NCBI GenBank assembly: GCA_963708075.1
Contig: OY970194.1
Location: forward strand, 2,016,001-2,080,000
DNA: 64,000 bases
Source: Sedimentisphaerales bacterium
GTDB taxonomy: Bacteria > Planctomycetota > Phycisphaerae > Sedimentisphaerales > Anaerobacaceae
Direction: 5' to 3'
Shown: positions 30,299 to 40,248 of the stretch, piece by piece
Numbering within the stretch: the first letter of the stretch is position 1
Layout: every line of letters starts with the position of its first letter
The notes under the pieces: model-generated
Databases searched by the model: none
What the model was told of the DNA's origin: nothing
The model's input: only the letters and a program-made list of their open reading frames with translations
Program-made: the position numbers and the translations under genes

Positions 30299-30420
30299 CC
30301 TTGCACCCTTTTTTCTGAGCGACGAGGTGAGTCTCTTGCCATTGGACTTCGCCCAACGGTACTCAATAGCAGCCCTCATCCTCTTTGCTACCCGGAGCGT
30401 CATTACATACTCCTCCACCA
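30299..30420 (-). pseudogene. Truncated duplicate of the 5' end of the acyltransferase at 28779..29486
   Basis: VEEYVMTLRVAKRMRAAIEYRWAKSNGKRLTSSLRKKGA versus VEEHVVMLRLVKKTRCAIEHRWAKSSGERFTRWLRKKGC; DNA direct repeat with ~29384-29506. Confidence 0.8.
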
Positions 30421-30544
30421 CTGCTCCTCTATAAGAGCGGCAACAGCACAAGCAACTCGATTTGCGAACCCCTCAATCGTAACGTCGCGTACGCACATAG
30501 GTACTGGCTTGAAATCAGCAAGCCCTTCCGGCTTGACACTATGG

Positions 30545-31690
30545 TCAAAAGGGTTCCGCCCTATCAACGTTGGCCTGGGGATGAACTGTGTCCGGCGCGA
30601 TCACACACCCGGGTTTAGGACCACACGGATGGTAGCGCAATCCCTCAGCATTCATGTATTTTCCGAGGAGACGGCGATATTGGGAGGATGGAGAGACACA
30701 CTTGGCCGCCATCTTCATCCACTTCCGCACTCCAATTCCCATCCAGACCCCCCTCAGAACTACAAACAATCGCTCCAACGCATTACCTTCGAGAAGACGA
30801 ATCTCCAACTGTGTTGCGACTATTTCCTTCTCGACGTCCGTCATCAGTCTCCGCAGGAGGTTTGAATCTAACCTGACTTCCGCGTGTTCCGCACCCAGAT
30901 CCGCGCGATAGTTGCTGAGGACGACCAGTTTCCTTCGCATACGTGTGGCGGCTCGTGCAAACAAGTATTGCCTGGTTGGCACCATGGGTTCTCCAGGCCG
31001 TCTACCCATTGCGTTGATGCAGCCACTGTGAAGACGACGCAATACCAACGGGTGAGAGATGGTCACGATGGTCCCAAGTAACCCGGAGCGAAAGGGAATC
31101 ACTGCGTCCTCATGGACTGTCTCAGGCAACATGGGGCCGAACACGTCGAAGACTTTCCGATGCCAAGCGTGAGACGCACCCGGCAGGCTCTGTACCATAG
31201 CGCCTGGGACTCGACGAGCGAGGTCCAACAATCCGGATGTGATAGACTGGTGGTGAATGGCTCCCATGCGCCCCTCTTCATCCATTATTCTCTGGGCAGA
31301 ATAAATGGACATTGCAGTGCCCTGGGAGGAATTGTACGCCTCGTAAATCCTGTCAGTTCGCTCCGGTAGAGATACATCATCTCCCGCGGCGGCAACGATC
31401 AGCTCACCACGAGCCAATTCCATGATTCGGTTGATGTGGCCACCGATACCGAGGTTCTTCGCATTTCGATTGAGGACGATAGTATGTGGTCCCCGGTAAG
31501 CGGCAGCCATTTCCTCTATGATCTTGTAGGTACGGTCTGAAGAGCAATCATCGGAAAGGATGATCTCCAGGGGACTATAGGTCTGCGAGAAAGCTCCTTC
31601 TACGGCTTCTCTGACATAGCGCTCCTGATTATAGGCTATCACAAAGAACGTAATGAGAGGACGCTCTTGCATGCTCGTCGCTGGTGTCAT
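30545..31690 (-). CDS. Glycosyltransferase family 2
   Basis: IAYNQERY, SQTY, ILSDDCSSD, AAGDD, VHED; ATGA overlap with the wzx stop sets the start at 31690. Confidence 0.92.
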   Translation of the reverse strand: MTPATSMQERPLITFFVIAYNQERYVREAVEGAFSQTYSPLEIILSDDCSSDRTYKIIEEMAAAYRGPHTIVLNRNAKNLGIGGHINRIMELARGELIVAAAGDDVSLPERTDRIYEAYNSSQGTAMSIYSAQRIMDEEGRMGAIHHQSITSGLLDLARRVPGAMVQSLPGASHAWHRKVFDVFGPMLPETVHEDAVIPFRSGLLGTIVTISHPLVLRRLHSGCINAMGRRPGEPMVPTRQYLFARAATRMRRKLVVLSNYRADLGAEHAEVRLDSNLLRRLMTDVEKEIVATQLEIRLLEGNALERLFVVLRGVWMGIGVRKWMKMAAKCVSPSSQYRRLLGKYMNAEGLRYHPCGPKPGCVIAPDTVHPQANVDRAEPF

Positions 31691-33192
31691 GATATGTGTT
31701 TCCGATATGCAAACTTCGTCAAAACCATGGCAGCGAAGTCGCCGAGGGATGCAGCGCCTGCCACCCGGGAGAGCCCGAGGAGTGAGTAAAACGAGATTGC
31801 TACTGTCAACGCGCCGCCGAATACCAGGGTGGGCCAGCCCGGATACATCCGGCAGAGCACGGAGGCAACAAAGACCGACGACAAGACCACGCCGCCCAAG
31901 CGCAGGTTGGAACCGTTCCAGGTGAATCCTGTGACACTGTGAACCACGATCAACGTGAGCAGAGCATAAGAGAAATACATCCCAAAGAAAGCCATGCCCG
32001 CCCCTGGAAGCCCCCAAAGAGACAGACCGATCCATAGAAACGCAACATGTGCCACGTTAGCCCACAACTCTGTGAGGAAGAACAGCAGCCCCTTGCCTTT
32101 TGCCAATATGATATAGCCCAGCGGCCAGGAGATCACGCGACCGAGCACGCCCAGCACCTGCCAACGCAGCACCTCCCCGGCCGGCACGAACCTGGCGGAG
32201 TAGAACACAGTGATGACCAAGGGGGCAAAAATCAAGGTGGCCAGTACGCCGGGCGCTGCCAGCAACAGCGAGACTTCCGTCTGCTCGTTCACGAGACGGT
32301 TGACTTCCACATGATCTTCAGCAACAGCCGTGAGGCGAGGATAGAAGTCAGCACCCATCGCGGCCAGAATGAATCCAACATAGACGCTTGAGAGATTGGC
32401 CGCAGATTGATAAAGGCCAGTCGCCTCCAACCCCATTTTCCGCACTATCAGGAGACGGATCACATAAGCCGCCCCCATAGTCATGAAGGAAGCCAGCATG
32501 AACGCGAGCCCGAGCCGGAGCATAAGGGAGGATTCCCTGACCGTCATCCTCCACGTGACCGCCAGCCGGTCAAAATGGATCCGCCTGGCGAACCACCATG
32601 AAAGCAGAATCACCGTGACTGAATTGAGTACCAGGAAAAGTGGAATCCCTCGTGCCCCCATGAAGAACACGACGGGGATGCTGATGATTGTACCCAACAG
32701 GACTCCCAGGACTCTTTGAGCAGCAAGATCCCGGATGTGTCGCATGCCCTGGATCAGTGCCGTCTGGCCCCCGGATACCGATGCAAAGAAGATCGTCAGT
32801 GAAAGAAATCCAAGAGCGCCAGCGTGCTCTGCATTGCCAAAGGTCATTTGGCTCAGAGCCCCCCTGAAGAAGAAAACAAGCAACATACCTGCTAGGCCAA
32901 GGAGCATGGCCGTGCGACGGAGTGAAATAATCGTCTGCGAAATGCGTTCAGGGTTATGCGAGCTATTGGCTTCCGCGATCTGGCGCACACCGCTCCGGGT
33001 GATGCCCATATCAGCAACCGCCCCCACCAGGTGCGTGACCGATAGATAGAGGCCAGCCAAGCCAACCCCGCTGGGGCCAAGAAGCACGGACAGAACCTTC
33101 GTTCGCACAATCCCGATCAGGATATTGGCGGCCGATGAGCTAGCCGTGATGGTCGTCGTTTTGAGAATCTGTCTGTATGAACTAGAAGCCAT
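31687..33192 (-). CDS. wzx: O-antigen/EPS flippase
   Basis: ~13 TM segments; SYRQILK…IVRTKVLSVLLGPSGVG, MGADFYPRL, VNEQ motifs. Confidence 0.9.
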   Translation of the reverse strand: MASSSYRQILKTTTITASSSAANILIGIVRTKVLSVLLGPSGVGLAGLYLSVTHLVGAVADMGITRSGVRQIAEANSSHNPERISQTIISLRRTAMLLGLAGMLLVFFFRGALSQMTFGNAEHAGALGFLSLTIFFASVSGGQTALIQGMRHIRDLAAQRVLGVLLGTIISIPVVFFMGARGIPLFLVLNSVTVILLSWWFARRIHFDRLAVTWRMTVRESSLMLRLGLAFMLASFMTMGAAYVIRLLIVRKMGLEATGLYQSAANLSSVYVGFILAAMGADFYPRLTAVAEDHVEVNRLVNEQTEVSLLLAAPGVLATLIFAPLVITVFYSARFVPAGEVLRWQVLGVLGRVISWPLGYIILAKGKGLLFFLTELWANVAHVAFLWIGLSLWGLPGAGMAFFGMYFSYALLTLIVVHSVTGFTWNGSNLRLGGVVLSSVFVASVLCRMYPGWPTLVFGGALTVAISFYSLLGLSRVAGAASLGDFAAMVLTKFAYRKHIS

Positions 33193-33299
33193 ATCGAAAG
33201 GCAGCCTCATAGGCTGTGATTGCAGCTTTCCCTCAGCGTTTCCATGCGGCGGTCTTCCTCACCGCTTGGGCCCGGTTACCCACAGGAAGGGAGTGTTCA

Positions 33300-34238
33300 T
33301 CAGGCTTTCCTGAGGCGCAGGAACTCTTCATAACTACGGATATAGTCCGCTGGATCGTACTCGTGAGAGGCGAGGACCATTGAGACCGCATCACGGGAGT
33401 ACCTATATTGAATTCGCCACACGTCCGGCGGCAGATAGATCCCGATCCACGGGTGTTCGAACAGATATTCCTCGCGGTTGCTTCCATCATCCACCACCAC
33501 CGCCATCGAACCCTTGACACATACCAGGAATTCCTGGCATTCCCTGTGAGCGTGTTCTCCCCTTACACGTGCGCTTGGCACATCATAAACCACAAAGACG
33601 CGCCGGGGTACGAACGGGAGATCCCGATACCACTCGGCCACGCACAGGTCCCCTCGCATATCCTCCACATGGTGAAGCCGAATCAGCTTGACGCCACGCA
33701 CGAGCGAGTCTTCCTTGATCGTGGGACCATCAGGGCGGACCACCGGTTTTGCCACGGTATCAACATATCCGGTGATGCGGGCCGGGTTGCCGGTGACGAT
33801 GGCGTTCGGCGGCACGTCCCGCGTCACCACGGCACCGGCCCCAACCATGGCCTTCCCGCTTATTCGCAGCCCGGGAAGGATGGTCGCATTGGCGCCAATG
33901 GAAGCTCCGCTATTGACACAGGTCTTCGCAAAGGACTCCGGATACTGTCTGCTTCGAGGGAACTTGTCGTTGGTAAACGCTACGTGTGGCCCCACGAACA
34001 CGTCATCCTCCAGGGAGATACCATCCCACAACTGCACGCCGCATTTGACCGTACAGCGGTTGCCAATTCGAACGTCGTTCTCGATGAACGTATGGTCGCA
34101 AATATTGCAGTCATCGCCGACGATGGCGCCCGGCAGTATGTGCGCAAATGCCCACACACGAGTGCGCTCTCCGATAGTCGCCCCTTCCTCTACAAGGGCC
34201 TTCGGATGGATGAATGCCTTGGGGTGGATACCGCTCAT
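33300..34238 (-). CDS. wxcM: WxcM-like bifunctional N-acetyltransferase / sugar 3,4-ketoisomerase (FdtA-type cupin)
   Basis: N-terminal hexapeptide repeats (CNICDHTFIENDV, FTNDKFPRS); C-terminal DMRGDL…RGEHAH…LASHEYDPADYIRSY. Confidence 0.9.
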   Translation of the reverse strand: MSGIHPKAFIHPKALVEEGATIGERTRVWAFAHILPGAIVGDDCNICDHTFIENDVRIGNRCTVKCGVQLWDGISLEDDVFVGPHVAFTNDKFPRSRQYPESFAKTCVNSGASIGANATILPGLRISGKAMVGAGAVVTRDVPPNAIVTGNPARITGYVDTVAKPVVRPDGPTIKEDSLVRGVKLIRLHHVEDMRGDLCVAEWYRDLPFVPRRVFVVYDVPSARVRGEHAHRECQEFLVCVKGSMAVVVDDGSNREEYLFEHPWIGIYLPPDVWRIQYRYSRDAVSMVLASHEYDPADYIRSYEEFLRLRKA

Positions 34239-34488
34239 GAGTAGTCTCTCACTCCTTCTGTCGTCTCTCGGCAATTCACGGCAACCACACGGCAACCGGC
34301 CTTCATGTGCGTGGATCTGCAGCTATCACTTGTCTGCTGCAACCAAATACTTCCTTCAGATAGTCAGCACGGTTTGCGGTTGGGAAGATGGTGCAAGGCG
34401 TTTATTCTCCTCCAATGCGTCGGTGTGTTGCGGACAGGCCTTACGATGCAGCAGACTCCCCAGTTCCTCTCGCTGTTCTGTCGCTCCG

Positions 34489-35997
34489 TCACCCCCCACC
34501 AGCCAAATGACGGTCGGGCGAGGGGCTGGCTTGTGTGGCATATTCGTCGATCAGGCGGCCGAAGAGAGTGACTCGTCGGCCGGCGGCTTCGAGGGAGCCG
34601 TTGACGCTGACGGCAATCTCAAATTCCTCGGAGGTGTGCGGATTACCGTTCTTGAACGGGATGGTCATCGTGACTAATCGGGACATGTCTACGGGCTCAG
34701 CACTCGGCGCCCGCCAGACCTCAGTGTCGATGTGACCGTCGTCGTACGTCGTCTTGAGACTGACCCAGACGAAATCCATGCGGGTGGCCGCCTCGCAGAT
34801 GGCCTTCCACCATTGGCGGGTGTCGTGGACCTGCCGGAACTGCAACTGCAGGAGCTCGAAGGCCCTTCGCTCGTCCCGCTCCTGGCGGGCGCCTTCGTAT
34901 TTTGCCTTGAGGCGAATCAATACCTCGTGCAGCCGGACGACGCCGACGGCACGGAACATGAGCAGAACCAGGAGCAGGACGCCACCGAATACGATCACCG
35001 CGCTGACACTGTCGCTGATGAGCATGTACAGGCCGATGCCGGCGGCGAGCAGGGTCGCGATGTAGATGATGATGACGGCTCGCCGCTGATTCAAGCCGAG
35101 CTCGAGCAGGCGGTGATGGAAATGGCTGCGGTCCGGGGCGAAGAGCGAGCGGCGCTCTAGGAACCGCCGGAGCATGGAGAACAGAGTGTCGAAGATCGGG
35201 ATGCCCAGGGCCAGGGCCGGCAGCGCGAGGCCGACGAGGGCCGCCGACTTCGAGACGCACATCACACTGGCGGCGGCGATAGTGAAGCCGATGAACAGGC
35301 TGCCGCAGTCGCCCATGAAGACCTTGGCCGGGTTGAAGTTGAAGAACAGGAAGCCCGACAGGCCACCCAGAAGCGCCAGTGCGAAGAGCGCCATAATGAC
35401 ATCGTTGCTCGCGGCCAGACCGGTGTGGATCGTGCTTCCATAGATGGCGAAGACCGCGATCACACCACAGGCTATAGCGGCGACGCCGGCGGCCAGGCCG
35501 TCGAGCCCGTCGCTCATATTCACGGCGTTCGTCACTCCCACAATCCACAGCAACGTAAGGGGCCAGCTCAGCCAGCCGAGCGAAGTGGGCAATTCCCCAC
35601 CGAGGCCAACGCTGCCGATCCGCACGCCCACTCCGCACAGGGCCGCAGCGGCGAGCAGTTCCACCATGAACTTGACGCTGGCTCGCAGCCTGCGGAGATC
35701 ATCGACCAGTCCGACCAGGAAGATCGCGGTCGCGGCGCCGAGCAGCGTGATGACCTGGAGCCACACGGCTCGGAACTGCTGGCCGATGCCGTTATTCAAG
35801 AAGAGCAGCGAGACGATCAGGGCCATCGACGACAGATAGATCGCGATGCCGCCGATCCGCGGGACGGGTCGGGTATGAACGCTGCGGGCGTCCGGGTAGT
35901 CCACAGCACCAATCCGCCGGGCCAGCCAGATCACCAGAGGCGTGGCGAGCAGGGCCAGGTATGCCGAGCCGAAATAGACACAGATGTAGGTTGTCAC
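34489..35997 (-). CDS. wecA: Undecaprenyl-phosphate GlcNAc-1-phosphate transferase (WecA/TagO, MraY superfamily) with C-terminal extension
   Basis: VPRIGG, GLVDD, NAVNMSDGLDGLA, FNFNPAKVFMGDCGS, PDRSHFHHRL; GTG start with AAGGGA RBS. Confidence 0.9.
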   Translation of the reverse strand: MTTYICVYFGSAYLALLATPLVIWLARRIGAVDYPDARSVHTRPVPRIGGIAIYLSSMALIVSLLFLNNGIGQQFRAVWLQVITLLGAATAIFLVGLVDDLRRLRASVKFMVELLAAAALCGVGVRIGSVGLGGELPTSLGWLSWPLTLLWIVGVTNAVNMSDGLDGLAAGVAAIACGVIAVFAIYGSTIHTGLAASNDVIMALFALALLGGLSGFLFFNFNPAKVFMGDCGSLFIGFTIAAASVMCVSKSAALVGLALPALALGIPIFDTLFSMLRRFLERRSLFAPDRSHFHHRLLELGLNQRRAVIIIYIATLLAAGIGLYMLISDSVSAVIVFGGVLLLVLLMFRAVGVVRLHEVLIRLKAKYEGARQERDERRAFELLQLQFRQVHDTRQWWKAICEAATRMDFVWVSLKTTYDDGHIDTEVWRAPSAEPVDMSRLVTMTIPFKNGNPHTSEEFEIAVSVNGSLEAAGRRVTLFGRLIDEYATQASPSPDRHLAGGG

Positions 35998-36025
35998 GTT
36001 TCCCTTCGTCCGAGTGGCGATGGCG

Positions 36026-38342
36026 CTACTGTCTTTCCTCGGGAGCTGCGGCTCCCCCCCCGCCGGGCAGGTCGCCATGCGATGGCGATTTCTTGCGTGC
36101 TGCCTGGCCGCCCTCAGGACCATAATGACCTGCGTATTGGCTGTAGGCGCTGCTGTAACTGGTGTATCGGCTGTCTTTCGCAGAGACGTCGTTCACCACA
36201 ACGCCTGCGACACGGGCCCCGACGGTGAGCAGCAGATCCCGGGCATGCTGGGTGATGCCTCGCGTCGAGTGGTCCGCCCTGAGGACAAGCAGCGTCACAT
36301 CGCAGAGAGCGGCGAGGACCTGTGCATCCGCCGCGATGCCCACCGGGGGCGAGTCCACAAGGACGCGGTCATACTTTCGCGTGATCCCTTCCAGCAGACC
36401 GGCGAAGAGGGAGCTGCTGAGAAGCTCCGAGGGGTTCTCCACGGCGTGCTTGCTCGCCAGGACGTCAAGTCCCGGGACCACCGTGTGCCGGATGGCATCC
36501 TCTAGAGCGGCTGTTCCATCCAGTACCTCGGAGAGACCCTTGCTATGTCCATTCATTGCAAAGGCCCGGTGCTGCATGGGCCTACGGAGATCGGCGTCCA
36601 GGATGAGTGTCTTTTGCCCGGCCCGTGCCATGGCGATGCCGAGATTGGTCACAAGCGTGGTCTTTCCCTCCAGCGGCGCGGGAGAGGTGACCAGGACGGT
36701 CCGGGCCTCGTCGCGAGGGACGCCGAAGAACAGGGCTGTACGAATGACCCGGTACGCTTCCGCATCGCCTGAGTTGGGAGCTGCCAGCAGTTGACTGCGT
36801 GCGGTAAGACTGCGCCTGGGTATGGACGGCATGGCTCCGAGCACCGGGACGCCAAGCATCGCCGTGATCTCGTCCGCCGAGCGAACACGCTGGTCTCGCC
36901 AGTCCCGGACAAGCGCCAGGCCCGCCCCTGCCAACACCCCCAGCATCAATCCGAGCGGCAGAATCCGGAACGGCTTCGGCGAGGACGGTCTCAGCGCCGG
37001 CATCGCCTTCTCCAGCACGTGAATCTTCAGTCCCGCGAAGCTCGCATTGACATCCAGGGCATTGATCTGCTTCAGGAGGCTGTCGCACAGGCTCTCGATC
37101 GTTTCGCACTCGGCGAGGATGAAAATATACTCCGCATTCTGTCCGCTGAGACTCTGGATCTCAGCGAACTCTTTGTCGTATGCGGCCTTCAACTGCTTTT
37201 CCCGTTCGTGGGCATTCTCCGCGAACGCCTTGGCCACGGCAATCTGGTTCTGCACGAAGTCCTTGTCGATCTGGGCGATTTGCTCTTGAAGCTGGGTCTG
37301 CCGGTTCTGCAGAAACGTCTTCTGTTGCATAGACACGCCGACCGAGGTGAGCTGTTCAAGCTGTGACTTGGTAGCGAACAGTTCGTTCTCGAGACGAATA
37401 CGTTCCTGGTCGTCCGCTGGAGTCCTCATGCCGACGCGGTGGCTGTAAACGTATTGCCGCAGCTTGTTCGGCTCGTTGGCGAACTGCTGGAGCCCTGCAT
37501 AATAGGAGTCCTGTTCAATGGTACTGACATGGGCCGCGGCGAGGTCCTCCTTGAGCAAATCGAGGGTCCTGGAGCCGAAGCTACGTTCGCCGTTCTCGAC
37601 CACTTTCGGGTTCCTTTGCTCGAACATCATCCGCTCTTGCCGTTTCGCGCAACTCCCCGTAGCGTTTCTCCAACTGGGCATTAAGGTTTCCCAGCAGATC
37701 GGCCGTACTGAGCTGCTTATTGGTCTCGTGCCAGCGTTCGTAGGCCCGCACCACGGCGTTGACAATCTGGGCTGCATCGTCAGGGTAGGCGGACTTGGCT
37801 GCCACGCTGATAATGTCGCTACCCCTGCCGACCGAGACAGATAGGGTGCGGATCACCTCTCCCACGGCAGAGTCCGTGTTCCTGAGCGTGGAGAGGGTGA
37901 GCACATTGGGATCCCTCAGGGCGGCGGTGACGATCTCCCGACTGGTGATCATGCTCGCCTGCGTCTGGAGGTAATTATTCGACGTGCTGCCCACCGGTTG
38001 AGGGACATCGGATCGTGATTGCTGACCGGGTTTCTCGACCAGGATCCGCGACGTGCTTTGATACTGTGGCGTGGCGATATACAGATAGAGGCCCGCAGCG
38101 GCCAGCGTCAACACGGTGCAGACCAGAATGAGCCACCATCCGCGCCAGAGGATCCGGAACAGGCTGTCATACCCGGCGACGCCCTCCATCATCGGCCCGG
38201 GATATCCCATATTGGCGTCCTGGCGGTTGTCGCCACTGCCGAATTCACGCATGTTGGTATTCACGGGTTTTCTCCACGCTGAACACTCCGGGCAGACTCC
38301 GTCCCCGTCGGTGTATGTCGAGGCGTCCTTAACGATTGCCAT
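36026..38342 (-). CDS. wzc: Polysaccharide co-polymerase / tyrosine autokinase; one frameshift near 37648
   Basis: Wzz-like N-terminus with TM; Walker motifs SPAPLEGKT, DADLRRP, VDSPP; Tyr-rich tail YTSYSSAYSQY. Start may be 38264 or 38252. Confidence 0.9.
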
Positions 38343-39210
38343 CCAGCGCCTGGGAGCCTGTCCATGTGCGCTGCAAAAACGTCACTGCCAATTACGTGCT
38401 ATCGCGGGGAAACCGCAGAGCACGGCGTAAAGCCGGGGCATCGCAGTGCAGGTAGCCTCCCTGCAACCTTCTAATCACGAAGCTCCATGCAGCCTTCCAA
38501 CCGGTGCCAAACGCTGCTCACAGTTCCCGAAAAACCGCGAGCATTATTCGGAACGAAGCCACCCCCTTGAGTCCCCCTGGTGCCCTTGCCAAGGCGGCCC
38601 AAGGCTGACGACATCCCTGGACGAGAACCGCTGAAGGCACTTGCACAATTGCATAGGATGGTAGAAATAAAACGCCCCCCTCCAAGCACAAACGGCGCAC
38701 CCAAGGTCGGACCAAGCGGATGAGCCGTCGTTTCGCCAGGGCATCCTGCCAACCCACCGTTCTTCTCAATTCTCATCGCATGTGCGAGTCGTCGAGATCT
38801 CTACTCTACCATCCGTGGCAGTCCTGTTCGATTCTTCGTTCCTCCACCTACTCCGTCATTCTGCCCCCTGCCTATATGCGGGGTGTTCTTCCCAAGCTGT
38901 CTCAGGCTTCTCTGGGCAATCCGTGCGGATGACTGGTCGCGTTCCGTGCAACGCCGACAATGGGAGTCTCATTTCCCAAGCACATCCGGCCCGTGACTTG
39001 CTTTACAGATTGCCTGCTCCAAGCCTACCAACCATAACAGCCAAGCCCGTGCCCACGAAAAAGCACAAAAAGGCTCTCTCGGTACACGCGATCTTACTGA
39101 AATCCGTTCCGGTGTGTCTCTCGGTGCCTGCTCTCACGCGAACACCAAGCCGCGCATTAGTCCGTAACACCTTGTGTTCGCATATCTAAAGGAAAACCAC
39201 CAGTTGAAGT

Positions 39211-39239
39211 ATATTACCACTTTTGGCCGGCAGAGTCAA
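39211..39239 (-). promoter_or_regulatory. Candidate sigma70-type promoter facing the EPS cluster
   Basis: Minus strand TTGACT-17 nt-TAATAT with TGG before the -10, in a locally AT-rich stretch. Confidence 0.45.
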
Positions 39240-40248
39240 TACGTAGAAATACGTATTTTCATCTCTTCGTGAGGCCCGATTCCCGTGCCCAGACCGGCCT
39301 GCCACCCCGTGGCGGCACGGCGATCTTCGGTGCCAGGCCACGTCGCTTGCGGAAAACACGTATTCTCCAGTCCCCAAGCCACTTTTTTGGGGCGATAGGC
39401 GTGGAAGTCACGTAATCGCGACATAGTCCCAGCCCACATAGATCCGCCGGCAAGTCTCCCTACCCATGCTGCACCATGAAAAACCCAGGCGTAAACGGGC
39501 GTCACTTATTCCTGTTCTCTGATAGATAGTTAGTAACAGGTTGCCTGTGGATTGTTGTGATATGCCCCTGCCACCGTGCGGCCATACAGATGTCATAATC
39601 GCTGCCTTCACCCGCTCTGGCAGGTCTTGCCGCCCCGCTCACTCGGGACCGCATCAAGGCATCGGGGACGCCGCTGCTCAAGAGACAGGTATTGCACAGA
39701 AATCCCCCACACGGCGTGTCCTATCCGGTGCAGGTTCCGTACCCCCCTATGACATTGGTACGTCCGAAATCCCGGCACCAACTCATGACACGGCGGTTCA
39801 GGCGGTGATCGCCTTCCGCATCGTCCAGAAATGGGGTTCTTGAAAGGCAAATGCCGACTGCAACGCGTGCGTTCGGCATAGAAATCGACTCTTCATGCGA
39901 AGAAATACGTAGTTCTACGTATAGGCACGGTGACACGTGGGACTACAATGGCTGACGCTTTGGTGCTTGGGTGAATTCACCTGAATAGAACCATTGCTTG
40001 GAGGCGCATGGAAGAAATGAGACCATCAGCGCAAGGAACGCGTACCATCACCAACTGTTTTGCAGACCTTTTCCGGAGGGCACTCAAATGAAGGCACCCG
40101 GAGCGAGCAAGCAAATGCTTGGAGAAGGAGGCAGAAACAAACAGAGGGCCGTGCTTAGCTGTCAACCACCTAATGAGGATTCCTGGAACGGTTATTAGCG
40201 ATTCACACCAAGAAAAAGATAGAAGAGAATCTCTAAGGAGAACAAAGG

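Noticed and set aside
31691..32035. N-terminal extension of the GT2 ORF
   Set aside because: Overlaps wzx in another frame; the ATGA junction at 31687-31690 gives the likely start.
38343..40248. Short ORFs or a mobile element in the long intergenic region
   Set aside because: No transposase motifs, terminal repeats or coding-like composition recognised.
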